From: an uncultured Actinomycetes bacterium
GTDB taxonomy: Bacteria; Actinomycetota; Thermoleophilia; Gaiellales; JALYLC01
Length of the DNA stretch: 64,000 nt
Reading direction: 5' to 3'
NCBI GenBank assembly: GCA_963794695.1
Contig: CAWCFJ010000007.1
Span: 44,310 to 108,309, forward strand
A program made the translations under genes and the position numbers. Position 1 is the first letter of the stretch; each line of letters begins with the position of its first letter. Positions 30,109 to 40,275 of this stretch are shown piece by piece. Under the pieces are notes generated by a model. That model was not told the DNA's origin. It saw only the letters and a program-made list of their open reading frames with translations, and made no database searches.

Positions 30109-31079
30109 GCGACGACCCCTTCGCCAGCCTCTCGGCCGCCGAGCGCGAGCTGCTGCGGCCCGAGCCGCTCCCGGACCAGGTCGACGCCATGAAGGCGGTC
30201 CTGACCGACGAGCGCTTCTCCGACGACGCCTGGATCTACGAGCGAAAGCTCGACGGGATCCGCTGCATCGCCATCAAGGCCGACCAGCGGGTGCGGCTCC
30301 TGTCGCGCAACGACCTCAGCCTGAACAGCCGCTTCTCCGGGGTCGCCAGCGCGCTCGAGGAGGATCCCGGGACGCGCTTCGTGCTCGACGGCGAGGTCGT
30401 CGCGCTGGCCGACGGCCAGACCAGCTTCGAGCGGCTGCAACAGCAGGGCGAGCGGCCGGTCGAGATCTTCTACTACGTCTTCGACCTCCTGCACCTGGCC
30501 GGCCAGGACGTCACCGCGCTGCCGCTGCGGGCGCGCAAGTCGCTCCTGCGCCACGCCGTCGGCTGGCGCGGCCCGCTGCGGCTCACCCCGCACCGCAACG
30601 GCGACGGCGTGGCGTTCTACGAGGAGGCCTGCCGCAAGAGGTGGGAGGGCCTGATCGCCAAGCGGGCCGACGCTCCCTACGTGCACGGGCGCTCGCGCGA
30701 CTGGCTCAAGTTCAAGTGCTCGGCCGAGCAGGAGCTCGTCATCGGCGGCTACACCGCGCCGCGCGGCAGCCGCACCGACCTCGGCGCGCTGCTGCTCGGG
30801 GTCTACGAGGACGGCGCGCTGCGCTACGCCGGCAAGGTCGGCACCGGCTTCACCCGGGCCATCCTGAGCGACCTGGCGGCGCGTCTCGCGCCGCTGGTCC
30901 GCGACACCTCGCCGTTCGTCGACCGGGTCCGCGAGCCGCACTCCACCTGGGTCGAGCCGCGGCTCGTGGCCCAGGTCGGGTTCAGCGAGTGGACGCGCGA
31001 CGGGCGGCTCCGGCACCCGCGCTTCCTCGGCCTGCGCGACGACAAGGCCGCCGAGGAGGTCGTGAGGGAGTCCGGATAG
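30106..31079 (+). CDS. ATP-dependent DNA ligase (LigD ligase-domain type, NHEJ)
   Basis: The ATG overlaps the stop of the upstream PE gene. The ligase motif-I lysine is in YERKLDGIRC, followed by ...FVLDGEVV...LKFKCSAEQELVIGGY. Confidence 0.8.
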
Positions 31080-31106
31080 CCGCATCCGGGTAGGATCCGC
31101 GCCGAG

Positions 31107-31499
31107 ATGGGATTCGACCAGTATCACGAGCCGCCCGAGGAGCTCCCGAAGGAGACGAGGACGTTCGCCCGCCTGTGCGCGTCGCTGACCGAGGAGGCCG
31201 AGGCGATCGGCTGGTACCAGCAGCGCCTGGCCGTCGAGGCCGACAGCGAGGCCGCCGCGATCATGCGCGACGCCCAGGGCGAGGAGTTCAAGCACTTCTC
31301 CATGGACCTGGAGTTCCTGCTCCGGCGCACGCCGCTGTGGCGCGAGATCGCGAAGGGCATCCTCTTCCAGGAGGGCGACATCGTCGAGCACGGCGAGGAG
31401 GCCGAGGAGGCCGCCGTCGAGGGCGCCAGCGCCCGCGGCGAGCCGCTCGCCGGCAGCGAGTCGCTCGGGATCGGAAGCCTGCGAGGAGCCGCCCGATGA
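31107..31499 (+). CDS. Encapsulated ferritin-like protein (EncFtn-type cargo) with a C-terminal encapsulin targeting peptide
   Basis: YHEPPEELPKETRTF...SLTEEAEAIGWYQQRL...GEEFKHFSMDLEFL matches the EncFtn ExxH and EEAEAI motifs. The C-terminal GSESLGIGSLRGAAR fits the SLGIGSL cargo-loading peptide consensus. Confidence 0.75.
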   Translation: MGFDQYHEPPEELPKETRTFARLCASLTEEAEAIGWYQQRLAVEADSEAAAIMRDAQGEEFKHFSMDLEFLLRRTPLWREIAKGILFQEGDIVEHGEEAEEAAVEGASARGEPLAGSESLGIGSLRGAAR

Positions 31500-32300
31500 G
31501 CCACCTGCTGCGAAGCCACGCCCCGATCACCGAGGCCGGCTGGACCCTGATCGACGAGGAGGCCCGCGAGCGCCTCACGCCGGCGCTCGCCGCGCGCCGC
31601 TTCGTCGACTTCACCGGGCCGCTCGGCTGGGAGCACTCCGCGACCAACCTCGGCCGCGTCCAGGCCGCTCGCCGACGCGCCCGGCGACGGCGTCGAGGCG
31701 TTGCAGCGGCGCATCCTGCCCATCGTCGAGCTGCGCGCGCCGTTCTCGGTCTCCCGCAGCGAGCTGCGCGACGGCGACCGCGGCGCCGACGACGTCGACT
31801 TCGACGCCCTCGACCGGGCCGCCCACCAGATCGCGGTCGCCGAGAACCGGGCCGTGTTCCACGGCTGGTCGGCGGCGGGCATCACCGGGATCACCGAGGC
31901 CTCGAGCCAGAGCCCGATCGCCCTCGGCGACGACTGCGAGCACTACCCGCGGCACGTCGCGCTGGCGGTCGAGGCGCTGCTGCGCGCCGGCATCGACGGG
32001 CCGTACGGCCTGGCGCTCGGCCCGCGGGCCCACACCCGGGTGCTCGAGACCAGCGAGCACGGCGGCTACCCGCTCCTGAACCACCTGCGCGAGATCATCG
32101 GCGGCCCGCTGGTGTTCGCGCCGGGCGTCGAGGGCGCGGTGGTCGTCAGCCTGCGCGGCGGCGACTTCCTGTTCGAGAGCGGCCAGGACCTCTCGGTCGG
32201 CTACTGGGATCACGACGTCGAGGCCGTCAGCCTGTACCTCGAGGAGTCGTTCAGCTTCCGCGTGGTCACGCCCGAGGCGGCCGTCGCGCTCACGCCGTAG
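31496..32300 (+). CDS. Family 1 encapsulin shell protein (linocin M18-like), frameshift near 31665
   Basis: N-terminal MSHLLRSHAPITEAGWTLIDEEARERL. C-terminal ...LYLEESFSFRVVTPEAAVALTP. The start overlaps the EncFtn stop (ATGA). Confidence 0.8.
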
Positions 32301-32303
32301 GCG

Positions 32304-33962
32304 TCAGGGAACGAGCACTGCGGCGCTGGTCGCGCTGGCTCGAAGGCCGCTGGCCGCCGCCGTGACCCGGCAGGACAGCCGCGTGCCGGCGTCGGCGGCG
32401 ACGACGCTGTAGCGCGCCGCGCTCCCGCTGGCGACCGGCGTGCCGTTGCGCAGCCAGCGGTAGCTCAGGTGGAGCGTGCCGGAGTGCTTCCAGGTGCCGC
32501 CCGCGCAGGCCAGCCGCGCGCCGACGGCGGGCGAGCCCAGGATCCGCGGCGGCTTCGAGGCCACCAGCGGCACCGGCACCAGCTCGGAGGCGCTGCTCGC
32601 GTGGGTGGACGTGCCGCTGGCCGTCGCCAGGGTGACCAGGCACGAGAGGTGGTGCCCGGCGTCGGCCGTCACCGCGCGGTGGTGCAGGCTGGTCGCTCCC
32701 GGGATCCGGGTCGAGCCGCGCAGCCAGCGGTAGCTGAAGGTCCTCGCCCCGGGCCACGTCCAGGTGCCCTTGTTGCACGTCAGGTTCGCCCCGACGTGCG
32801 GCGTCCCGGTGAGCCGCGGGCGGTGCGTGTTGTGCGGCGGGGCCAGCGTGACCGGCGCCGACGCCGCGGGCGCGCTGGCTCCCCCGCCGGCGTAGGCCGC
32901 CGTGACGGTCGCCGTGTACACGCCCGGCTTGAGCGTCGGGAACGCGGCGCTCGTCGCGTCGGTCCCGAGGGAGGTCGTCCCGACCTCGGCGCCGTCGCGG
33001 GTCAGGGTGACGCTGTAGCCGGTCACGATCGTCGCCGGGTCGGCGACCGGCGCCGTGAACGAGGCCATCAAGCCGTCGCCCTGCAGCTGCGCCGTGACCG
33101 TGGCGGGCGCCGCGTACGGCGGGACGTACAGCGCCGCCGGCGCGACGCCGGCGACCTGGCTCGCGATCCAGGCGCTCATCGTCGAGACCCGGACGAAGAA
33201 GTCGGGGCTGTCGCCGCAGTTCGTGCCGACGAAGAAGCTCGTGATCCCGATCAGCACGAACCCGTTCGGGGTGCTCGCCACGAGCGGGCCGCCGCTGTCG
33301 CCGTGACACGCCGCGGGGCGGTTGCCCGGACCGCCGGAGCACAGCTGGACGGCCGGGGCGAAGCTCGCGAACGCGGCCAGGCAGGTGGTGTTCGGCTGCA
33401 CCGCCTGGGCGCCCTGCAGGAGCGTCGTGGTGCGGTCGCCGATGGTCGACGTCTGGCCCCAGCCGGCGAGGGCCGTCGGCGTGCCGGCCGCGTACAGCGC
33501 CGCGTCGGCCGGCGTCGCCAGGCGCACCGCCGGTGCCGTCGTCGCGGCGTCCAGGATCAGCACCGCCGCGTCGCCGCCGAACACGTCCGCCGCCGTGCTG
33601 TAGGCGTGCACGGCGGTGACGTGCAGGACCTCGGCGCCGCTGTCGGGCGGCGTCGAGTGCAGCGACTTCAGCGTGACCGTGAACGCCGAGGGCGCGAGCG
33701 GGACGTTGCCGGCGGTCGAGTTGTAGACGCAGTGGCTCGCCGTCAGCACCGCGTTCGGCGCGATCACCGAGCCGGTGCAGTTCTGGACGAGGGTGTCGCT
33801 CAGCCGGGCCGAGATGAACGCCGCGAACGGGAAGCCGCCCGCGGCCACCGGCGTGCCCCCGACGATCGACGGCGCCGCGCCGCCAGGCACCGCGGCGGAC
33901 GCGGAGGCCGCCTGGGTGGCCAGGATGGCAACGGCCGTGGCGAGCAGTGCCGGGGCGCGCAC
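32304..33962 (-). CDS. Secreted S1 (trypsin-like) serine protease with two C-terminal Ig-like repeats
   Basis: The GTG at 33962 begins VRAPALLATAVAILATQAASASA. Then IVGG...LTASHC...GDSGGP. Two ~70-aa repeats follow (GTWTWPGARTFSYRWLRGS... and GTWKHSGTLHLSYRWLRNG...). Confidence 0.8.
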   Translation of the reverse strand: MRAPALLATAVAILATQAASASAAVPGGAAPSIVGGTPVAAGGFPFAAFISARLSDTLVQNCTGSVIAPNAVLTASHCVYNSTAGNVPLAPSAFTVTLKSLHSTPPDSGAEVLHVTAVHAYSTAADVFGGDAAVLILDAATTAPAVRLATPADAALYAAGTPTALAGWGQTSTIGDRTTTLLQGAQAVQPNTTCLAAFASFAPAVQLCSGGPGNRPAACHGDSGGPLVASTPNGFVLIGITSFFVGTNCGDSPDFFVRVSTMSAWIASQVAGVAPAALYVPPYAAPATVTAQLQGDGLMASFTAPVADPATIVTGYSVTLTRDGAEVGTTSLGTDATSAAFPTLKPGVYTATVTAAYAGGGASAPAASAPVTLAPPHNTHRPRLTGTPHVGANLTCNKGTWTWPGARTFSYRWLRGSTRIPGATSLHHRAVTADAGHHLSCLVTLATASGTSTHASSASELVPVPLVASKPPRILGSPAVGARLACAGGTWKHSGTLHLSYRWLRNGTPVASGSAARYSVVAADAGTRLSCRVTAAASGLRASATSAAVLVP

Positions 33963-34003
33963 GGCACGAGTATAGGCGGACGTCGGGGAGCGTCCGGCCC
34001 CGA

Positions 34004-34873
34004 CTACCCCTTGATCGCGCCGCCCAGCCCCGCGCCGCGCAGGAACAGCCGCTGGAAGAGCAGGAACCCGATGATCGGCACCAGCGAGGCGATGAACAGC
34101 GCCGCCAGGAAGACGCCGAGCTCGGTCTGGGCCTGGATCGTCGGCAGGCGGACCGACAGCGGCTGGATGTCGGGGTTCGTCAACACCAGCAGGGGCCACA
34201 GGAAGTCCTTCCAGGAGGCCAGGATGGCGAACACCGAGACGACTCCCAGGATCGGCTTCGACATCGGCAGCACGACCGACCAGAACAGCCGGAACGCGCC
34301 GGCCCCTTCGAGCGAGGCGGCCTCGAAGATCTCGCGCGGCAGGTTGTCGAAGAACCGCTTCATCAGCACGACGTTGAACGCGCTCGCACCGGCTGGCAGC
34401 CAGATCGCCCAGTAGCTGTCGATGAACGTGTGGTGGATCAGCGGCGGGTGCACGATCTCGATGTACAGCGGCACCAGCAGCACCACCGCCGGCACGAACA
34501 GGGTCAGGAGCAGCAGCCAGTAGACGACCTTCGCGTAGCGCGGCCGCAGCACCGACAGCCCGTAGCCGCCGGTGGTCGCGACGATCATCTGCACGAGCCA
34601 CGACCCGAACGCCAGGACGACGGTGTTCAGGAAGTAGCGCCGCACCTCGACGTCGTTCCAGGCGGCGCCGAGGTTGCTCCAGGCGGTGCCGTTCGGGAAC
34701 AGCGACATCGGGTAGGCGATCGTGTCCCGGGTCGGCGTGATCGAGGACTTCGCGAGCCACAGGATCGGACCGAGCCCGATGACCACCAGCAGGACGAGCA
34801 GGGCGATCTGGGCCCCGCCGACGCCGAAGCGGACGGACGGGCGGTGCCACTCGGGCGGCGAGATGAGGCTCAC
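34004..34873 (-). CDS. Carbohydrate ABC transporter permease (MalG-like)
   Basis: The GTG at 34873 begins VSLISPPEWHRPS.... ...EAASLEGAGAFRLFWSVVLP. Confidence 0.8.
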   Translation of the reverse strand: MSLISPPEWHRPSVRFGVGGAQIALLVLLVVIGLGPILWLAKSSITPTRDTIAYPMSLFPNGTAWSNLGAAWNDVEVRRYFLNTVVLAFGSWLVQMIVATTGGYGLSVLRPRYAKVVYWLLLLTLFVPAVVLLVPLYIEIVHPPLIHHTFIDSYWAIWLPAGASAFNVVLMKRFFDNLPREIFEAASLEGAGAFRLFWSVVLPMSKPILGVVSVFAILASWKDFLWPLLVLTNPDIQPLSVRLPTIQAQTELGVFLAALFIASLVPIIGFLLFQRLFLRGAGLGGAIKG

Positions 34874-35868
34874 GTCGTGCTCCAGGAGCGCGTCAGGCGC
34901 AGGTAGACGAGCGAGAACAGCGCGAGGAACCCGGCCAGCATCAGGCTCAGGGCGGCCGCGGCGCCGTAGTCGCCGCCGAGCGAGTTCTCGAACGCGTAGT
35001 CGTAGATCAGGAGCAGCACCGTGAGCGTCGAGTTCGTCGGGCCGCCGGAGGTGAACAGGTACGGCTCGAGGAACACCTGGGCGGTCCCGATGATCTGCAG
35101 GATCATCGTCAGCAGCAGCACCCCGCGGAGCTGGGGCAGGGTGATGTGCCAGACCTTGCGCCACAGCGAGGCGCCGTCGACCCCGGCCGCCTCGTAGAGC
35201 TCGGTGTTCACCGAGGTGAGCGCGGCCAGGTAGATGATCACCGTGGCCCCGGCGTTGGCCCAGGTCGACTCGAGCACCAGCGACGGCATCGCCCACGTCG
35301 GCGACTGCAGCCACGGGTACGGCCCGAGGTGCACCCAGCCGAGGATCGTGTTGAAGACGCCGGTCGGGCCGCCGTAGTAGAACGTCTTCCACAGCAGCAC
35401 CGCCACCACCGGCGGGACGACCACCGGCAGGTATGCGAGCGCGGCGTAGATCCCGCGCACCCGCCGCACCTCGCTCATCAGCACCGCCGCCACCAGCGGC
35501 ACCGGATAGCCGAAGAGCAGCGCCAGGAGCGCGAAGTAGGCCGTGTTCTTGACCGCCGTCGGGAACAGCGGGTCGTCGAGCACGAAGCGGAAGTTGGCGA
35601 GGCCGACCCAGGTCGGGTCGGTCACGAGGTTCGTCTGCTGCAGCGACATGATGACCGCGCGCGAGATCGGGTACCACGAGAACGCCCCGAAGATCGCGAA
35701 CAGCGGCAGCAGGAACAGCAGGTTGGTGAGCCCGCCGCCGCGCATCCAGGTGACGGGCGTCCGCCCCTTTCGGCGGCGCACGCGGCCGGCCCGCGGGAGG
35801 GGAGCGGGCGCGACGGCCTCGTCGCCCTGGACGCGCTCGGCCGGCGTGACGGGATCGATCACGGTCAT
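34870..35868 (-). CDS. Carbohydrate ABC transporter permease (MalF-like)
   Basis: ...LYEAAGVDGASLWRKVWHITLPQL.... Confidence 0.8.
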   Translation of the reverse strand: MTVIDPVTPAERVQGDEAVAPAPLPRAGRVRRRKGRTPVTWMRGGGLTNLLFLLPLFAIFGAFSWYPISRAVIMSLQQTNLVTDPTWVGLANFRFVLDDPLFPTAVKNTAYFALLALLFGYPVPLVAAVLMSEVRRVRGIYAALAYLPVVVPPVVAVLLWKTFYYGGPTGVFNTILGWVHLGPYPWLQSPTWAMPSLVLESTWANAGATVIIYLAALTSVNTELYEAAGVDGASLWRKVWHITLPQLRGVLLLTMILQIIGTAQVFLEPYLFTSGGPTNSTLTVLLLIYDYAFENSLGGDYGAAAALSLMLAGFLALFSLVYLRLTRSWSTT

Positions 35869-35922
35869 GGAATTAGCAGCGTGCGTCCGGCGTTCGCGCC
35901 GGACGCACGCTCTCGGATGTGC

Positions 35923-37305
35923 CTACTTGCCCTGCGAGATGAGCCGCTGCGCCGTGCTGTTGGCCTCGGCGAGCAGCGCGTTGATGTCGGCGTTCTGGTC
36001 GGTCAGGACCGCCTGCACCACCGGGTCGAGCGCGTGGTACACGCTCTGCGTCGACGCGGCCGGCTCGGCGATCAGGGTCTGGCCGAAGATCCGGTTGGTG
36101 AAGGGCTTCATCTGGGTCTGGGGCACGTTGATGTACGGCTTGATCCAGGTGTTCGCCAGGTCGTACTGGGTCTTGTTGAAGATCGGCAGGGCCGGCACGC
36201 CGACGGGCTGCTTCTGCGCGATCAGGCTCTTGGCGTTGCGGATCGCCTGGTTCTTCGAGAGCAGCTTCTGCTCGTAGTAGAAGTCGATCCACTGCACCGC
36301 CGCGGCGGTCTCGTCAGCCGAGGCGTTCGGCTTGACCGCGGCGAGGGTGCCGCCGCCGAGCACGCCGGCCGTCTTGTTGCCGGCCAGCGGGAGGGTGGTG
36401 ACCCCGTAGATCGAGGCGTCGATGTTGCTCGCCTGCACCAGGTTCGTGAAGACGTCGGAGCCGCTGACGTACATGCCGACGGTGCCCGCCGCGAACGCCT
36501 GGTTGATGTCGCTCCAGCCGTAGTCGAAGTTCGAGCCCATCGAGTTGTCGGTCCAGCGCATCCGCTTCAGCATCTGCAGCGCCTGCGCCGTCTGCGGGTT
36601 GTTCAGGGTCGCCGTCGCGTGCTTGCCGCTGCCCTTCTCCATGCGGCCGCCGAGCGCGTAGGTCAGCGTCGTCAGGATCCAGCCGGCGGTGTTGTCGGCC
36701 TTGCCCATCTCGGCGTAGCCGGCCTGGCCGGTCTTCTGGGCGATCTGCCGGGCGTACTGCTCGACCTGGGCCCACGTCGTCGGCGGCTTGTTCGGGTCGA
36801 GGCCGGCGTCGGTGAACAGCTTGCGGTTGTAGTGCAGCGCCTGGGCGTAGGCCGCCGTCGGCAGCGCCACGACCTTGCCGTTCGAGGTCGTGCCTTCGGC
36901 GATGACCGCCGGGTTGTACTTCTTGAAGTACGGCAGCTGCTTGGCGTACGAGGTGATGTCTGCGAGCTGGCCGTTCTGGCCCAGCGTGCGGGCGTCGGTG
37001 AACGGCACGGTGAAGACCGTCGGCAGCGTGCCCGCCGCGAGCTTCGCGGCGAACGTCGGGCCGGTCCACTGGTACTCGACCGACTTCACCTTGATGTTCG
37101 GATGAGCGCGCTCGAACTGCGCCACCTCGTTCGCGAACTCGGTCTGCGCGGCCTTCGTGCTGCCCGGGATCAGCGAGGCGACGCTGATCGTCACGGACTT
37201 CTGCGCGTTGCCCTCGGCCACGGCGCCGAACAGAGCGCTCGTGGACACGGCAACGACGCTGGCCACGGCTACGGCGGCTGCCGTGACCTTGCGGGTGCTC
37301 CTCAT
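35923..37305 (-). CDS. ABC transporter substrate-binding protein (alpha-glucoside/maltose type)
   Basis: The ATG at 37305 has RBS AAGGGAGA. Signal peptide MRSTRKVTAAAVAVASVVAVSTSALFG. Confidence 0.8.
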   Translation of the reverse strand: MRSTRKVTAAAVAVASVVAVSTSALFGAVAEGNAQKSVTISVASLIPGSTKAAQTEFANEVAQFERAHPNIKVKSVEYQWTGPTFAAKLAAGTLPTVFTVPFTDARTLGQNGQLADITSYAKQLPYFKKYNPAVIAEGTTSNGKVVALPTAAYAQALHYNRKLFTDAGLDPNKPPTTWAQVEQYARQIAQKTGQAGYAEMGKADNTAGWILTTLTYALGGRMEKGSGKHATATLNNPQTAQALQMLKRMRWTDNSMGSNFDYGWSDINQAFAAGTVGMYVSGSDVFTNLVQASNIDASIYGVTTLPLAGNKTAGVLGGGTLAAVKPNASADETAAAVQWIDFYYEQKLLSKNQAIRNAKSLIAQKQPVGVPALPIFNKTQYDLANTWIKPYINVPQTQMKPFTNRIFGQTLIAEPAASTQSVYHALDPVVQAVLTDQNADINALLAEANSTAQRLISQGK

Positions 37306-39033
37306 CGTGTCTCCCTTTCGTTTACCTGTCGCGTGCTGTCGTTGCGGAACCAGACCGTGGTGTCGCTGGGAACCGCACCTCCTTCGACGTCGGAACTGGC
37401 GATGAGGACGTGCGCGCCGGCCGGCAGCTCCACCGGGTCCGGGCCGAAGTTGACGAGGCACGCGAAACCGTCGCCCCGCTCGAAGGCGAGGACGGTGTCG
37501 CTCGACGGCAGCCAGCGCAGGCCGTCGTCGTCGCCCCAGGGAGCCGTCCGGCGCAGGCGCAGGCCGGCGCGGTACAGCTCGAGCGTGGAGGAGGGCTGCC
37601 CGGTCTGGGCCGCGACCGTGAGCGCGGCCCAGCTGCCGGGCGGGTCGAGCCAGGGCCGGCCCGGCTCCCTGCGGGCTGAAGCCGTACGGCGGCTCGCCGC
37701 CGTCCCAGGGCATCGGGACGCGGCAGCCGTCGCGGCCGGGATCGACGCCGCCCGAGCGGATCCACATCGGGTCCTGGCGGCGCTCGTACGGGATGTCCTC
37801 GACCTCGGGCAGGCCGAGCTCCTCGCCCTGGTAGACGTACAGCGAGCCCGGCAGCGCCATCACCAGGAGCGCGGCGGCGCGGGCCCGGCGGGTGCCGAGC
37901 GCGAGGTCGGTGGGGGTCCCTTCGCGCCGGGTGGCGAACGCGAACGAGGTGTCCTCGCGGCCGTACCGGGTGACCGGCCGCGTGACGTCGTGGTTCGAGA
38001 GCACCCAGGTCGCGGGGGCGTCGACCGTGGCGTGCATCTCGAGGGTCGCGTCGATCGAGGCCCGCATCGGCGCCGGCTCGAAGGGGCAGGTGAGGAAGTC
38101 GAAGTTGAACGCGGTGTGCAGCTCGTCCTGGCGCAGGTAGCGGGCGAGCCGCTGCGGATCGGGCAGCCAGGCCTCGCCGATCAGGACCCGCGGCTCGACG
38201 TCGGCGTCGGCGATCGCGCGCCAGCGGCGGTAGATGTCGTGCACCTCGTCGCGGTCGACGAACGGGTGCTCGCCGGGCGCCGCGGCGGGATCCTCCTCGG
38301 ACAGCTCGGGATCCTTCACCAGCATCGCCGCGGAGTCGATGCGGATGCCGGCGACGCCCCGGGCGAACCAGAAGTGCAGGACGTCCTCGTGCTCGAGCCA
38401 GACGTCGGGATGCGTCCAGTTCACGTCGGGCTGCTCGGGCGCGAACAGGTGGAGGTACCACTCGCCCGGCGTGCCGTCGGGATTCGTCGTCCGGGTCCAG
38501 GCGGGGCCGCCGAAGATCGACCGCCAGGCGTTCGGCGGCTCGGCGCCGTCGACGCCCTTGCCCGCTCGGAACCAGAAGCGCCCGCGCTCGGGCGCGCCCG
38601 GGGCGGAGTCCAGCGCCGCCTGGAACCACGGGTGCTGGTCGGACACGTGGTTCGGCACGATGTCGACGATCGTCCGGATCCCCAGCGCGCGGGCCTCGGC
38701 GATCAGCCGCTCGGCCTGGGCGAGCGTGCCGAACGACGGCTCGATCGCCCGGTAGTCGGTCACGTCGTAGCCGGTGTCGGCCATCGGCGACGGGTACCAG
38801 GGGTTGAACCAGAGCGCGTCGACGCCCAGCTCGCGGAGGTACGGCAGACGGGCGAGAACGCCGTCGAGGTCGCCGGTGCCGTCGCCGTTCGCGTCGGCGA
38901 AGGAGCGGACGTAGACCTGGTAGACGACCGCGGTGCGCCACCAGCGGTCGGGAACGGGCGGCGCGGCGGGCGCCGCCGGCGCGGCCGCGGGAGGGGCCAG
39001 CGTGGTGCTCGTCGTGGAGCTCGTCTCGGTCAC
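37302..39033 (-). CDS. GH13 alpha-glucosidase / oligo-1,6-glucosidase family (AglA-like), at least 2 frameshifts in the C-terminal third
   Basis: WWRTAVVYQVYVRSFADANGDGTGDLDGV...GVDALWFNPWYPSPMADTGYDVTDYRAIEPSFG...IVDIVPNHVSDQHPWF. The C-terminal ...TTVWFRNDSTRQVNERETR* is only found in a third frame, and its stop overlaps the substrate-binding-protein start. Confidence 0.7.
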
Positions 39034-39062
39034 GGCGACGACGATCGCATACTTGACTTCCA

Positions 39063-39070
39063 CTTGCAAG
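39063..39070. promoter_or_regulatory. Self-complementary CTTGCAAG core upstream of the GH13 start, candidate LacI operator
   Basis: ...acttgacttccaCTTGCAAGgacttgacgaaaatcgtgcagg.... The same half-site TGCAAG recurs upstream of lacI at 41281, 41301 and 41331. Confidence 0.35.
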
Positions 39071-39229
39071 GACTTGACGAAAATCGTGCAGGATATCGGA
39101 TCGCGACGGCGCAGGAAGTGTGGGACGCGTGACGGGAAAGCGGCCTGCGGCGGGCTGTCAGCGCGACCGGAGAGGGGTCGGCAGGGCGGGTTGCGGGACG
39201 ACCAGCGCGACCGGCGCGGATGCGGCGGG

Positions 39230-39835
39230 CAGCGAAGGTGGCGCCTGCTCGAGCGCGCTCCGCCGGGCGCTGGTCGAGCCACGGCAAGCCGCCCGCGGCA
39301 CGTCCGAGCGCGACCGCGCCCCGGAGAGCGCTGGTAGCGAGGCCTGTAGTGCGCTGCGCAGCACGGGCCGCGGAGCTCGTCCCGCCAGGGACGAGCGCGG
39401 CCCTGCCGGTGATCCGACGCCAAGGAGCGCTCCGAACCCGAGGACGCGCTCGACCGGAAGTCGGATCACCGGCTTGAAAGGGCCGCCCCTCTCCACGGGT
39501 CCCAGGTGGCGCCCTGCTCGGACGGCGAGCGCTCCGCCCGGGCGGCTGGTCGAACCACGGCAAGCGGCACCGACGGCAAGTCCGAGCGCGACCACGCCCC
39601 GAAGAGCGCTGGTAGCGAGGCCTGTAGTGCGCTGCGCAGCACGGGCCGCGGAGCTCGTCCCGCCAGGGACGAGCGCGGCCCTGCCGGTGATCCGACGCCA
39701 AGGAGCGCTCCGAACCCGAGCACGCGCTCGACCGGAAGTCGGATCACCGGCTTGAAAGGGCCGCCCCTCTCCACGGGTCCCAGGTCGCGCCCTGCTCGGA
39801 CGGCGGGCGCTCCGCCAGGGCGCTGGTCGTAGTTC
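39230..39835. repeat. Tandem direct repeat of ~274 bp, about 2.2 copies, rich in internal long inverted repeats, inside the 1.25-kb noncoding region between the GH13 operon and its lacI
   Basis: Copies start near 39269 and 39543 (e.g. ...CTGGTCGA[G/A]CCACGGCAAGC...AGCGCTGGTAGCGAGGCCTGTAGTGCGCTGCGCAGCACGGGCCGCGGAGCTCGTCCCGCCAGGGACGAGCGCGGCCCTGCCGGTGATCCGACGCCAAGGAGCGCTCCGAACCCGAG...GTCGGATCACCGGCTTGAAAGGGCCGCCCCTCTCCACGGGTCCCAGGT...). Each copy has a 9-bp hairpin GCTCGTCCC/GGGACGAGC and an 11-bp-arm stem GGTGATCCGAC...GTCGGATCACC. Confidence 0.8.
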
Positions 39836-39954
39836 GGCTCGCCGCTCTCGTGCTTGCCGCGCCCGTGCCTGCCGTGCTCGTACGAACCATCGCTGCGCCT
39901 GAATCGGGGTCGGTACGCAGACCTCCCAAGCGACGAAGAACCGGGCCCAACCAC

Positions 39955-40018
39955 AGTCGGTGATCCGACTTCCCGTCGAGCGCGTCCTCAGGTTCGTTGC
40001 GTTGCCTTGGCGTCGGAT
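39955..40018. repeat. Third, inverted and diverged copy (~85% identity) of the 63-bp GGTGATCCGAC...GTCGGATCACC stem-loop module
   Basis: The reverse complement of the module in the tandem repeat aligns with ggtgatccgacttcccgtcgagcgcgtcctcaggttcgttgcgttgccttggcgtcggatcacc. Confidence 0.6.
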
Positions 40019-40059
40019 CACCGACAGGCCCGGTTGAGGGGCTTCGCCCTTCTTGCCGG

Positions 40060-40275
40060 GTCCTCTCCGGGTCGCGCTGGCTGCTTGCCGCTGTCCGGCC
40101 TGCCGGGACCGTTGCGGGTCGCGCTGGCCGGTCGCCTCGGCCCGGCCTGCCGGGTCCGCGTTGCGGGTAGCGCGCTGGCTGCTCACCGTCTGGCCCGGCT
40201 TGCCGAGACCTGCTCCGGGGTCGCGCTGGTCGCCCGCTGCAGCCGGGTACCTCTCCGGGTCGCGCTGGCCCCGCT
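40060..40275. repeat. Array of five GGGT(C/A)GCGCTGG(C/T) motifs at 40-55 bp spacing
   Basis: Motif copies lie near 40065, 40113, 40157, 40215 and 40253. The flanking sequences are themselves semi-repetitive (cggcctgccgggaccgttgc / cggcctgccgggtccgcgttgc). Confidence 0.5.

Noticed and set aside
39158-40186. Long ORFs (342 aa on minus, 211 aa on plus, etc.) inside the repeat region
   Set aside because: Their peptides simply repeat (RTRSTGSRITGLKGPPLSTGPR ×2) because the DNA repeats. They have low-complexity Arg/Ala/Pro composition and no start context. The region is better explained as structured noncoding DNA.
39230-40275. Possible CRISPR array suggested by multiple direct repeats
   Set aside because: The repeat unit is 274 bp, not 28-37 bp with unique spacers. 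The short GGGTCGCGCTGG motifs are degenerate and irregularly spaced. No cas genes are nearby.
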